From Squalus acanthias (taxonomy: Eukaryota): 64,000 bases of DNA. Made by a program: the position numbers and the translations under genes. Shown one piece after another: positions 12,878-25,850 of the stretch. Below the pieces are notes generated by a model. It worked only from the letters and a program-made list of their open reading frames with translations, searched no databases and was not told where the DNA came from. The stretch spans positions 109,804,001-109,868,000 of the forward strand of contig CM059431.1 of assembly GCA_030390025.1 (NCBI GenBank), given 5' to 3'. The first letter of the stretch is position 1; every line of letters begins with the position of its first letter.

Positions 12878-14847
12878 TAGTCATAAAGTCATAACATCAT
12901 AACGGCACAGAAGGAGGCCATCCGGCCCATCGAGTCCGTGTCGGCTCTTTGTAGAGCAATCCAGTCAGTCCCATTCCCCCACTCTATCCCCGTAGTCCTG
13001 CAAGTTTATTTCCCTCAAGTGCCTATCCAGTCTCCCCTTGAAAACATTGAGTGTCTCCACTTCCACCACTTCCGTCGGCAGCGAGTTCCAGGTCCCCACC
13101 CCTCGCTGCATAAAAAAGTTTTTCCTCACACCCCCCCTGTATCTCTTGCCCAAAACCTTAAATCTGTGTCTCCTAGTCCTTGTACCATCAACTAGTGGGA
13201 ACAGCCTTTCCCCATCTAGCCTATCCAAACCCGTCATAATCTTGTACACCTCTATCAAATCACCCCTCAACCTCCCTTGCTCTAATGAAAACAAATCCAG
13301 CTTCTCCAACCTGTCCTTGTAACTAAGATCCCCCATCCCCGGAACCATTCTGGTAAATCTCCTCTGCACCCTCTCAAGGGCCTTCACATCCTTCCTAAAG
13401 TGTGGTGACCAGAACTGGACACAATACTCCAGTTGTGGCCTAACCAGCGCTTTATAAAGGTTCAGCATAACTTCTCTACTTTTGTACTCAATGGGCTGGA
13501 TTTTGATACTGGGGCGGGTTGGGGTCGTGTCATCTGCATTCCGTGTTATCCACCCGCCTGCAATTGGATGTGGGAGATTGATGCAATTTTCACTTAATTG
13601 GGCAATTGAGTTCCAGCATGTGGGAACTCATGAACCAATTAGTGGTTTCAGTCTGAAAGTCGCCTCTGATGATGTCATCATTGCAGGTCAGAGACTGCCT
13701 GGTCTCAGAGATTGCCTGGCCTTTGCTGTGAGAGGACCTGGATGCAAAATGAGCAAGATGAGCAGCATCTCAGAGAGAGAGAGAGAATTTTTTTTGCAAC
13801 CAAGTCCTCCCAGGCAGTCTCTGAAGACATTCAATGCAGCAGCATCAGAGGCGACTTTCACACCTAATACTACTACTACCTTCATCACAATACTACTACT
13901 ACCTTCATCACATCTCCGTTGTAATAGTGGACCTGCAGCTGATAGTCAGCTATCCACTTGTGCTCCCGCCAGGTTTCACTGGAGTGTTTCACATCAGGCG
14001 TACTTCACGTCGGAAAAGGGTTAAACTAGCTAAAACGTTTCAAAATGGCATTACAGAGCCAATTTAGGGCTTGTTAAGGGCTTTAATGGCCTCTCCCGCC
14101 TCTTGGAGGTGGGACAGAGTCGGGAACCCCGCGACCGATTTTGTCAAAATTGCGTGGAGGCGGAATGGAGTCGGGATGGGGTCGGGACCCCCAAATCTGC
14201 AACTTTAACCCCCCACATGCCTCCAAACCCGACTCCACGGGTCATTGAAAATCCAGCCCAATACCTCTATTTATGAAGCCCAAGATCCCATATGCTTTGC
14301 TAACCACTCTCTCAATATGTCCTGCCACCTTCAGGGACCTATGCACATTAACTCCCAGGTCCCTCAGTCCCTGCACACTCTTTAAAACTGTGCCATTAAG
14401 TGTATATTGCCTCTCCCTGTTCTTTCTGCCAAAATGCATCACCTCACACTTCTCTGTATTAAATTCCATCTGCCACTTGTCTGCCCATACTGCCAACCTT
14501 TCTATGTCCTGCTGCAGTCGATTGGTATCATCCTCACTGTTTGCAATACCCCCAAGTTTGGTGTCATTGGCAAATTTAGAAATTCTACCCTGCATTCCAA
14601 TATCCAGGTCATTTATATAAATCAAAAAAAGCAGTGGCCCCAGCACTGACCCTTGGGGAACACCACTGTCTACCATCCCCCAGTCTGAAAAACAGCCATT
14701 TATCACAACTCGCTGTTTTCTGTCCTTAAGCCAATTCCTTATCCAAGCTGCCACTGACCCACCTATTCCATGAGCCTCAATTTTGTTAACCAGCCTTCTA
14801 TGTGGTACTTTGTCAAACGCTTTCCGAAAATCCATGTAGACAACATG
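12878..14847 (-). mobile_element. CR1 LINE 3' fragment split by the MITE at 13493-14259
   Basis: ORF 14242-14835 ([29 protein letters not shown]) and ORF 12965-13468 rejoin when the MITE is removed. Confidence 0.92.
13493..14259. mobile_element. Harbinger MITE (family B)
   Basis: TIR gggctggatttt / aaaatccagccc; TSD AAT confirmed against the uninterrupted CR1 copy near 20085. Confidence 0.92.
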
Positions 14848-17800
14848 TTAGGGGCAAGGGTAACACATATTGTATGATCCTGAGTTTGTGCGCTCCTTAA
14901 CCACAGTGCAGCATGAAGGGTTATTTGTGCAGCTATTAATTTTAGAGGTTGAACAGTGTTTGTGCCCATGGTGCCCAAGGAAGAAAAGTGAGAATGTCTG
15001 GTCTGGGACCTGGTCTGCCCTGTCAGATCATTGGACTTCTTCTCTCAGTGCTCTGCAGTTCTGGGGCGAGAGAACTGTCCCGCAGTGGCAGCTCCCTCCA
15101 CATGGTACACAAGACACTTTTCTCACCATGGGCACCCAGCCATCTTTCTTTCCTTTGCTGCATCTCATTCGGAAGGGTTTGTAGAGCGACCTCATTGAAA
15201 CTGTGCATTCTTGTTTTCTGCCTCCTTGCAATACCCTTCTTTGGGTGTCTCCGAGGATCCTCCCAGTGTCACAAAATCTCACAAGCCCTCCACAGAGCTA
15301 CCTCGCGGTCAACTCACCGAGCCAAATATTTTCTTATTTGCCTGCTGCCCCCTCAGCATGGTGCTCCAATGTTCAGCCATCCTTGGCTTTGTAAAGGTGG
15401 CACTCCTAATTTCAAAGCCTCCCCAGCGCACTGCTCCAGTTGTGCATAGGATTTGCATTACTCAACCACCAATGGATTTTAAATGAGCTGCCCTTGCAAA
15501 TGACGGGAGGGCCAGCGCTGCAGGGGATTGGTCTTCTCAAGTCTCGGATCAGGGTCGCAAACCCACCGGAAATGGGCTTGTGAATCTTGTGGCCACTGTT
15601 TGTATCATCTGAAGCCCCGGTGCATTTCTGCTTGGTAACACACTGCAACCTGTACAATTTGCCTTGCTAATATATATGCCATTGAACTTTGTGATTCATG
15701 ACAATATCTGAACTCCTGAAATGTATTTTAGCCTTGTATCTCTTTCCCACCGAACTTATTAAAACAGAAAAATGCTGAGAATACACAACGGGATAGCCAG
15801 TATCTGAATGAGATAGACAAATGAATGTTTCATGTTGTTCTTATTTCCAACATCTGCAGTTTTTCTCCACTTCCTAACCCAGCTAATATTTTATTCTGTA
15901 TTCAGTCAGCGAAAGCCATTTGTTCATAACATATCTACGAATGCATACGGGAAAGTCACACCAATTTGTAACTTGCCTTAACTGGGATTTAAAAATGCCA
16001 CTGTCTTCTCTGAAATGAGAACTCATGAACCTTTAAATATTTATGCGCCAACATGTGAACTTGAATCAACACACACACATACGCTAATGCATCCAGAGCT
16101 CTTCAAAAAGATTAAATAACCTAATTATGTCTTCCGACCATCTTTAATAATAAGTAATTTAAATGCACTAACTGTACATATGTTCATGTAGACATACAGG
16201 GAAAGAAAGAAAGGTTAACACTGAAACATAAATCAGAGCAGTTCATTTGCAGTGAGCTTACATCTCATCTCAGTTAAGCTCACAGTAAAAATATCATGAA
16301 TGAAGTTGAAGATAAAAGGTAGATTTATTTGATTTATTGTCAGTGACTTTGACAGAAATGTTGAAGTGTATTATATTAGCTAAGGTTGGATGTTCCATAA
16401 AGAAATGGCCTATTTTCTTCATGATAAATGGAGTACATTTATAGATGAAGCCCTGAGGGTGAAACACAGCTCAAAATTTAAGTTAAATAAAATCTCTGTG
16501 CATTTTAACCTTTTGAGTACCACAGCGGCATTTCTTCAGAACAATTATTTAAAAAATGACTATATTTTCTAATTTATTAAAGGATAAATTATAGTCTTTG
16601 GACTGTGTAGTAAGGGTGCTGTACTGAGGTTAGGATTAAGTACATTTTCATTGCAAAAGTAAATTGTTCCATTTCTAAGCACTGATATCCCTCATCGTGA
16701 TACGCACCAAACTGCATCAAAATATGAAATAAAAATCTGCATTAAAAAAATGTAGATAGTTCGTCCTTTACATTGTTATAGTACAACATAATGTTACTCT
16801 GTAAGAGTTTAACAGTTTGTATCCTGTTATTAATATTTGAATTAGTGCTTATAAACAGTGCGGAGTTGGGGAAGCAGCACGAGAATGTTTTTTCCCCTCC
16901 ACAATAAATTTTAGGAAATACTGCTTTAAGCAGGCTCCAGAGGAGGCTGGTTCCAGGGAATGGGTCCCAGCTCCAGGAGCCATGAAGTTGTTTCATTAGT
17001 TCGGACTGGCAGTGGAGGAGATATATGTTGGTCCCGCCCTTGTGATTGGAAAGAACCCTGGCACAGTTGGGGCAGGAGATGTACAAACCTCTCCCCCTAA
17101 GTTTATCAGTGGGGAAACTATGCTCTTGACAGAAGGAACCTTGTGAAATAGGATGAAACCTCACGCCTCCTCCCATGGGTTTGGTTGATGATGGAGGGAA
17201 ACTCCCTATATTGTAAATAAATTCAGTTAATTTTAAAAAATCCACATCTCACTGCTGCCATTTGCTTTACACATTGACCTGACAAACTTTGTGTGAAGTA
17301 GTTGGTTCCAACCAGCTCCTTACATATTTGGTTCTGTATATATCTCTCTAATTACACTGACATTTATATCTATCATTTGATGATATTTGTGATCATCAAG
17401 GTAAGTATTGAGGAATGATACCTTTTTCTACTTTGAACATCCAGTGTCACTAACAAATATTCTAGATCAGATATAATGCACAGGGATCCTTATGGCCTCT
17501 GGTCTGACTCTCACGGGCACGTGATGGCCCCTTTTCATTACTTTTGTTGAAATGGAGCAAAGTTGGACAAAGAAAAGCGATTTACTGAGACACCAGAACA
17601 GGAAAGCAGGTTATCATTTTGGAATTGTCATATATATCTGTTTCTTCAATAGTCATTGCCCAGAAACAATAAATAACCATTCACTATCCATTCGGCTGAT
17701 CACGCTTTCTGGGCAGCTCGTCCCAATGACTAGCCTCTTCATTTTTCACTGCTCTGTCATTGAAGTAACTGTAGAGGTCCTTCACAGGAGCAGTAAAGCA

Positions 17801-18074
17801 AACCAGCCTGAGAACAATAGGGCATCCCCATTGACTGCCTTAGCTGGAAATCAAGCCTTTTATCTTTGAATTCCCTGCACCAACATTTGCAAGCACAATA
17901 GAAGTCTCCTTGCTGTCTTAGCTGACAAGATTATTAAATATAAATTATACAATTTAACACTTCATTCGCAAACATTTGCCCCATGTTCAGGTTACAGTAT
18001 TCACATTTCTTATAAAGATATTTCATTTAAAACCCAGTTTTTAGAAACATCGCAATAGCACTGGCTAGATTTTA

Positions 18075-18415
18075 TTTAAAACTCTCTCTGTACTGCCCCA
18101 CCAATGTGCCTTTACCCCAGCCTCAGGACATTATCACATAGTGCACCAATTTGATATCTTTATTTCTCACACCAGTTATCCCTATGGCCTCGCTGAATAA
18201 GATTGCCAATTTAGTGTCAACTTAAGATGAATTGCACGCAATTTTGTGCTGTGGATTTTCACCCATTGGGAGCTGTGGTTGAGATTGGCCCAAACTTATT
18301 TCACTGGAGATTCTCATAGCCATCAGACAGAGAGGGCTTTGATCCCATCTACCTGGACTGAATACAAATCCAGGTTCTGGAGATGAAAAGGCAGTGTGTA
18401 AATCCACTGCATCAA
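18075..18415 (-). mobile_element. LF-SINE-like ancient SINE relic
   Basis: Minus strand gccttttcatctccagaacctgg...gtgaaataagtttgg...ccacagcacaaaa...cactaaattggca...ggcacattggtggggcagt is collinear with the LF-SINE consensus as recalled from memory. Confidence 0.55.
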
Positions 18416-19499
18416 CATGTCCTCTTACCTACTTATTATTGATTCAAGCAGGGAAGAGAGGCATACTGCCGTATAAATCTTCAGCTCTTGTCCAAAGGTC
18501 ACTAGTTTATAAAAATGTATGTGTAAGTGTAGGACATTCCAACCCCCTAAAGTGTGAATGTTTGTGGGAGTATCTGAGATGACATAACAACTCCTCTGTT
18601 GTCCCAGATTGTTATGAGTAAGTTTCAATCTCTGGCTTAATAACATTTCAGTCCCCTCTTTGTTCCTGGGCTCCAGCATATGGTTCTGGAGGGTTTCTAA
18701 TCTTTATGAAGGAATATTAATCGGATCCAAATCCTTTCTGTGGAGAAAATGATCAAAAAATCCCAAAGGATTATCATTGAAATGTTACAGGAAGTAAGTG
18801 TGACACATACAGCAACTTAACCCTATATGCAATTACGTTATTATATTACTAGCAGATTTCCTGTGGCATTGCTTATAGTGAATCAGAGGATTCGCTGTTT
18901 TCTAATAGGAATGTGATGGAGAAATTATTATAGTAATTGTGACACTTTCAGGAAATGTTAAGAGAAAATAAGTTTGACACTTACAGGAAGCAAGTGCTAT
19001 ACTCAAGACTTCTAATAGTCCAGGGATACTCGAATGGAGACCTACAACCTATGTGCATTACTATCCCCTATTTACTTTTCTTCCCAATGCCATTTCAAAT
19101 CTAGGGAGCCTGTGATTCCCATTGCTAATAAGGATAAGCTTAAATTCTTAAATAGAGACCCCAACAGTAGCTCACGAGACCCACAAAATGTGGTTTAGCA
19201 CTACTGCCAGCTCTCCGACATTAAAGAGTACTATTAACAATCGGAGTATTGTGCGTTTGCCACTGACTGTATTATGTTGATGTAAAGCTGTCCTTAATTG
19301 AATGTGACTTCCATGTGGTTGCAATTAACTGTTAACTGACTCAAGCTCAGAATAGGAAAACAGTTTAATTTAACTATTTTACACAGATATGCAAAACATG
19401 AACAGTGGCAAATATATAAAACAGATTTTCTGGAGAGACTGTGTGGGCTGACAGTCCCAAGAAAAGTGATAGGGAACTAGAGGGATTTTTGGCAGACAA

Positions 19500-19695
19500 G
19501 CTTACATTGAAATATTTAGAAATTACAACATGGAAACAGGCTATTCGGCCTAATGTTGGTGTTTATCCTCTACTCGAGCTGTAGTCCTAATCCCATCTGT
19601 TCCCATATCCCTTTATTCCCCTTTCCTTCAACCATCTATCTAACCTATTCTTAACTCCTGACATGGTCTCTGCTTCAATCACTAACTCTGGTAAT
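19500..19695 (-). mobile_element. Old CR1 3' tail
   Basis: gaaacaggctattcggcc...cccatatccctttattcc is typical of a CR1 3' UTR. Confidence 0.6.
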
Positions 19696-19789
19696 GAAAG
19701 ATTGTATCCCTGAAAGATTGCATCTCTGCAGACAAATGGCTTTCTGTGTTTATATACTGTGTAATATTGTAGATTCCCTCATTGTACCT

Positions 19790-19827
19790 TTACCTGACGA
19801 AGGGGCAACAGCTCCGAAAGCTTGTAA
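19790..19827 (+). ncRNA. Minimal hammerhead ribozyme motif in the end of a second, probably Penelope-type, repeat (~19770-19875)
   Basis: ttac-CTGACGA-a-ggggc(aaca)gctcc-GAAA-gc-TT-gtaa: stem I ttac/gtaa, 5-bp stem II, palindromic AAGCTT. Confidence 0.75.
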
Positions 19828-19875
19828 TTTTAAATAAATCTGTTGGACTATAACCTGGTGTTGTGCAACTTCTCA

Positions 19876-21950
19876 TTTTTGTCTGGTAATGAACACAGAG
19901 AAGTGTGAGGTGATGCATTTTGGCAGAAGGAACAGGGAGAGGCAATATACACTTAATGGCACAGTTTTAAAGAGTGTGCAGGGACTGAGGGACCTGGGAG
20001 TTAATGTGCATAGGTCCTTGAAGGTGGCAGGACATATTGAGAGAGTGGTTAACAAAGCATATGGGATCTTGGGCTTCATAAATAGAGGTATTGAGAACAA
20101 AAGTTGAAGGAATAAGCCATATTCAGAAAAATACACCATCCTATGAAAGAATTTTGACTTTATTAAAACATGACAAACTGGGCTTGAAAATCTAAAAGCC
20201 TCAACAATGGAGAAGCTGTGAACAGCATACAGGCTGTTGAGATAAGATAAGTTGTTGACACTGAATCAATAGCCTTATTGAAACAGGAGGTTGGAGGTTC
20301 CTGAAAGTCTGAAGCTTTGGAAAGAGCACAATGGTATACCTTGTTAAGGTGTCTTAAACCAACACTTTGTAAACAACCACATAAAAGAAGAAGAAACATA
20401 TGCCTTCGTGGGAATGGCATCAAGTGGGTGAGACACCAGCCATCACATTGTTTTTATGTTGAACTTGAAACAGGGGAGACACGAGTCTGTGTTGCAACCA
20501 GCTGAGGTGACTTAAGAATTGCATAGAAGACCTTCGTAAGAATGATATCAAATAGATGCATCTGCTCCACATCATTTTTATGATAAGCTTCGAACACCTA
20601 AAGGTAGAGACACGAGTCTGTAATGCTACCAGCTGAACTGACTGTAAGAATAGCAGAAGTCAACAGAAAAATGACTAGAGATAATTAGCTTACATCAGTA
20701 GAAAATTTCAAAGGATATACCACTGAGAAAGGGTATAAAAATTGAACTTTCAAATGGGATGATAGATTCGCTTTAAAGGAGCAAAGCGATTCTCGGCTTC
20801 AGAGGCAAGCTCTGTAAGTCTTCAACTCTTTGTATCTCGGGGATCAAGGTATTGTATTTCATTTTGGTGGATATCCTGGAATAGACTAAGAACTGTAAAA
20901 CTAGTGAAGTTAAGATTTGAGAATAAGGATCTCTGACAATAGAATTGTAAGCTTTTTGTATTTGGAACTGTTAATGTTGTGATTGAATCACCAACTGTAA
21001 ATTACATGTCGGTTCTTTAATAAATCTATATACTTTTAGAATTGTCTCACATAGTACTTCTGTATCAAACTTGCGAACTCAATCTCTGTACGCTCTTTGG
21101 TGAGGAGTTGCAGAATTCTGGGGGAGTTTTCCGGACCCTCATAATATCCGGAACATTACAGTCTAGCTAAACTTATTAAAAGTGCTATCTGGAGGACGGT
21201 AACATCTTCAGGTTGTTCCTTTCCTTTAGGGAGAGATAGTCTGGACCTTTAGACCCAATTAAGCATCATTAGGATTCGGATAACTCAAACTTTAGTTGAA
21301 AGTGAACGTCTGGGGAATACGCCTGATCTGGGGTAGCCCTAAAGGGGCTAGGACTAGTAATAATCCCTTCAAAAGTAGAGAAGTTATGTTGAACCTTTAG
21401 GCCACAACTGGAGTATTGCGTCCAGTTCTGGTCACCACACTTTAGGAAGGATGTGAAGGCCCTTGAGAGGGTGCAGAGGAGATTTACCCGAATGGTTCCG
21501 AGGATGGGGGATCTTAGCTACAAGGACTGGTTGGAGAAGCTGGATTGGTTTTTATATTAGAGCAAAGGAGGTTGAGGGGTGATTTGATAGAGGTGCACAA
21601 GATTATGATGTGTTTGGATAGGCTAGACAGGGAAAGGCTGTTCCCACTAGTTGATGGAACAAGGACTAGGGGACACAGATTTAAGGTTTTGGCAAAGAGG
21701 TACAGGGGAGATGTGAGGGAAAACTTTTTTACGCAGCGAGTGTTGATGACCTGGAACTCGCTGCCGACGGAAGTGGTGGAAGCGGAGACACTCAATGTTT
21801 TCAAGGGGAGACTGGATAGGCACTTGAGGGAAATAAACTTGCAGGGCTACGGGGATAAAGTGGGGGAATGGGACTGACTGGATTGCTCTACAGAGAGCCG
21901 ACATGGACTCGATGGGCCGAATGGCCTCCTTCTGTGCCGTTATGACTCTA
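19876..21950 (+). mobile_element. CR1 LINE 3' fragment interrupted by a solo LTR
   Basis: ORFs 19889-20107 and 21545-21877; same subfamily as 12878-14847 in opposite orientation. Confidence 0.92.
20105..21371 (+). mobile_element. Solo LTR (1267 bp)
   Basis: TGAAGG...CCTTCA termini; 5-bp TSD AAAGT (20100-20104, 21372-21376) inside CR1; TATAAAA ~20734; AATAAA ~21019; internal repeat gagacacgagtctgt x2. Confidence 0.88.
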
Positions 21951-21951
21951 T

Positions 21952-22531
21952 GGGCTAAAAATTGAATAGCGCCCCATTTAGGGCGCTAACTTCGCCGGGG
22001 CGCTACTTTTAGCACCCCGGAAAAATTAGCGCCCCTGCGACGGAAATTGAGTGGTAGCGCCCCAAGAGGGAAGCGGGGCGCTACTGGAAGCACCCCGCAT
22101 CCCTCTTGGTGCGCTGTGAGGGAATATCACGGCGCTACGTGCCGCGTTATTGCAGGCCTTCCTCCCCTTCTTAAAGGGGAGGGGCCTTGCGCAGCGCGAC
22201 CCAGGGCCCAGCTGAGCCTCCGGGGATCGGGAGTGCCGGCAAAAGAGCCAGGGGAGGGGGCGGGCGGTTCAGGAGGCCGGGGACGGGAGCGCAGGCAGGT
22301 GTTGGCAGGCAGCCAGCAACAAAAATGGCCGCCCCGCCCCACCCCGCACCACCCCGCACCTCGCCTTTAAATAGCGCCTCTCCAGCCGCAGGTAGGCCTC
22401 CCCTGACCCCGTCGGACATAGTGTCCGGTGGTAAGTCAGGGGGCGTTCCCGAAGATCGCGGCTGGGGCGAATGCGGGGCGATGGAAGCGGGAGGCGTGGG
22501 CAGCGCCGCGCCCAGGCGCTAGTTGCTTTGC
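21952..22531 (+). mobile_element. GC-rich Harbinger MITE related to family A, right TIR lost
   Basis: Left end gggctaaaaattgaatagcgccccatt resembles 5408; flanked by TAT/TAT within the CR1 (tatgactc)n tail. Confidence 0.75.
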
Positions 22532-23545
22532 TATGACTCTTTGTATTCCACAGCTGCAAAAACCCTCCTGCTCTCTGTCCTAAGGGATATGAGAAAGTAG
22601 GATATGGTGTTATTATGGACCATAATGTTCTCTTCTGTTCCTGAACATCCCTATGTTCCGAAGTGTTACCTCAAATGAGTTGATATGCCAAGTGGTACTG
22701 AGGGGTAAATGCGATGAGTTAGTAATCCGAGCACAGAGCTTTGCTCGATGGGACGGCAGATCAGACAACTGGGCAGGGAGTTCCGTGTGCGTGATTTGTT
22801 GTTCTCCCCAGTTTTTGGTTATTAATTTATTGCCTGAAAAATTAGGGGGGGCTTCGAATCTGGCACGCTGACCTTCGTATCTGACTTATTTAATTCAAAG
22901 GTCTGTGCTAGAGGCACTGGTTTGCAAAATTTAAACAGTCAGCCTAATCATGTGTTCTCTGTAAAATATGGCAGAGTTACATCAGCTACACCAGCCTAAT
23001 GTAAATCTGCTGATGGGCACTGGAGTACAAATTCAATAGCTGGAGGGGGATTTGTTTTAATGCCAAACTACAATTGTTTTTACAGAACATGAATATTAGA
23101 GGATGCATTGGCTGCAAGTTTGCAAAAACAAATGCAAATTCGTGCCTGCAATGTGACTGGAGCCTCTGTCTGAGGGAGTGGTGATCCACTGGGTTTCTTA
23201 ATTCAGTAACTCCGAAAAAGAAACAATGTCTTTTGTCAGCAGTTTGACTAATTATATGGCTCTAGGGCCCCGACAGCTTAACAAGTCGGTTGTACTGGCA
23301 GAGATGGAGATGACGGGTTCTCATTTAAAGAAAGAGGCTCAATACGGGTTGATAGGATGGCCACTGCGAGATGGAATTCTGTCAGAGTCATCGTGAGAAG
23401 CGCCCTGTTGATAACGAGAAAGTGAGCAATGTCCGCAAAAGGACAAGGTCATAGAAAATAGGCTTTATAAAAAGGTAAAGCATATCAGGTCAAAATGTCC
23501 CCACAAATCTGGAAATCTCATTGCAAACTGTCCTGAAAACTCTTT

Positions 23546-24063
23546 GGCCGGAATTTTCTCAGGAAAGAACGGGTGGTTTGGTGGCGGGGGAGTGAATGTT
23601 GTAAAAATGTAAAACCTGCCCACTTTCACATTTCACTCAGGCGGGACGGGGGCGGGGCTGCCATTCCGCTGCCAGGAGGCGGGTTGGCATTTTAAATATT
23701 ATAATGAGGCCTGAAGCCTCTGCTTTAACCTGCCATGCAGGTTTAACTGCAGCCGGCCGGAGAACAGCCTCAGGGAGCAATCCTTGCGGGCCGGGAGGAG
23801 CAGGAGTGCTTCCTCCCGGCCCCCCAAGCTCCCCCACCAGCAGTCTGCACCCCCGGGGTCGGGGATCGAACCCCCCCTCCCTCAAGGGATCAGACCCCCA
23901 CCCCCGCCCCGGGCTTGGACCCTCTCCACGGCTTGGAACCCCCCGCCCCCACCAACCATCCTGGGCCCAGCACCTACCTGGTCCCGTGGCCTCCTGGTCC
24001 GCGTTCCCCGCACGACTGGAAGCCAGCCTGTCAATCCGGGTCGGAAACGGGAAAATCCCGGCC
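23546..24063. mobile_element. Harbinger-type MITE
   Basis: TIR ggccggaattttc / gaaaatcccggcc; flanks TTT/TAT. Confidence 0.7.
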
Positions 24064-25081
24064 TATGTTTTTTTTTTAGAACAGACACAAATTCAAAAGA
24101 AAAATATCTTCAGATATTTGGAAAAATAAGTAATCCATGTAAAAGATATGAGTTAGTGTCTGGTCTGCTCCCCAGTGCTGCACTATAGGGACAAGTACTC
24201 AATCCTTTTTAATACATTAGAAGTTATTTGTATAGCACTTTAACTGTATCCGTAGCACAAAAATTTCATGATTTTCCAATTGATTCCTGGGAAATATAAG
24301 ACAGTCAAAAAGTATTGCACTGTGATCCACTGATATCAATTGGCTCCAAATTCCAATTTTTTTTTTACCCCCCTAGCCACTTACTGCAATCTCACCAAAC
24401 TTTTGCCACATCCTCTGACTCACCAGGAGCAATGCCTAGGGAGATCGACTAACATGAATCATTTTTGCTGCCTTCTTTCCTCAATTTGACCCTTTGCCCC
24501 AGCTGCTGTATAGTTGCACCAAGTTACCTCAGGAGCGAGAGGAGATTGACGCAGGACAAAAGTTAAAATTGCCGATCCTACTTTGAGGGCTGTTGCCAAA
24601 CTCGCACACCCTAGCTACAAGACATTTTAAAAAGTTCAGCGGCCCAACTTTTGTATACAGGTCATGATTTTGTCTCTTTCCACCACCCGAACAGAGAACA
24701 CTGTCCTCACAAAGTTCCGGAACCAGGTAGAACAGATGGAACCAAACTTGCCAAAATTTATCTGGTCAGTTATAATGGACATTTTGCATTGTGTTAGCGC
24801 TCACTGCTTTCGCTCTCTCACAGAGTTAGTCTGAGAAGTTACCGAAGGTGGTTCAAAAACAATTATTATTTGCCAGTGGAGTAATTTCATCGAGTTGATC
24901 GTGCTACAAGAATCATTGAAAATTGGCATTTTCACCTCAAACCAAAAGGCAGAGCGATTTAAATAACCTGCCTTAAAATAATTTACATGCTTCCAACATT
25001 TAGAGTGCAAAATACAATGTTCTGAACAAATGGATACAGAGAATTGTTTTTTATGCTGAAAAAATACTCCAAAAAGAAAAT

Positions 25082-25828
25082 GGATCGGATATTCCGATCC
25101 CTACAGGTGGGTACGCGCTGTGTACCCACCCGTAGGGACATCGGAAATGCCGGTTTCAGGCATGCGCAGCGCATGCGCTGAAAACCAGCATTTCCGATCT
25201 GTCAAGAATGGTCTTGACAGATCCTCCGCCTGCCCTGGAGAAGGGCCTCTGCGGGCGGATAGTTCAGCTTTTTGGAGACCCTCCGCCCGCAGAAAACCCT
25301 TACAATTCTTATGCCTGATAAGGCCTGCTTTTACCAGGATAAGAGTAGAAAAAAAGTTTTTTTAAAATGTTTCACTGATTTATCATTTAAAAATACTTTA
25401 AAAAAAGGTAAGATTATTTTTAGCCCCGTAAAATACTTCAATTATTTTTTTCAAAAAATTAAATTTTTGTTTAAAATACTTAATTTATTGTAATTTCAAG
25501 TCATTTTAAAAATGTGATTTTTTTTTTAAAATGTACTTAAAGTTTTACTATGTTTTTTCATTGATCTCCATTCATATATTTGACAGGTCTTCCTGTCAAA
25601 TGTATGAAGGGAGATTCCCTTCTGTGATTGGCTCCCCATGGCCCACGTGATCCCAGGGACGCTGCGAACTACATGCACCTCTGGGATACGTGGGCCCTGC
25701 ACTCTTGGAGTTTGGTGAGGCCCAGCATTGGAATTGTGCACGTCCCGGGAGCCCTCAGGTAAGGGCACAGATTTTTCCAGATCGCAGTCCTCCGCCCGCG
25801 GGATGCCTGCGATCGGAAAATACGGGCC
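25082..25828. mobile_element. Harbinger-type MITE (family C)
   Basis: TIR ggatcggatattccgatc / gatcggaaaatacgggcc; TSD AAT; related in inverse orientation to 30856-31648. Confidence 0.78.
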
Positions 25829-25850
25829 AATATTTAACTGACAGCTTTGC

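Larger units (their letters stand above)
12120..15230 (-). pseudogene. Decayed Myb/SANT (ORF2) gene of an older Harbinger element; exon 1 ~15009-15230, exon 2 12558-12736, exon 3 ~12120-12470
   Basis: Manual translation: exon 1 SFNEVALQTL...WREL...PRTAEH*EKKSNDLT; exon 2 EKLTHNARERQGIRGG...LEDQAMELLGGNAAQVVGDGEIG; both parallel the Myb gene at 48818-53049. Confidence 0.65.

Noticed and set aside
21952..24063. CpG islands and GC-rich ORFs as host promoter or first exons
   Set aside because: They coincide with TIR-bounded MITEs; the ORFs are low-complexity artefacts
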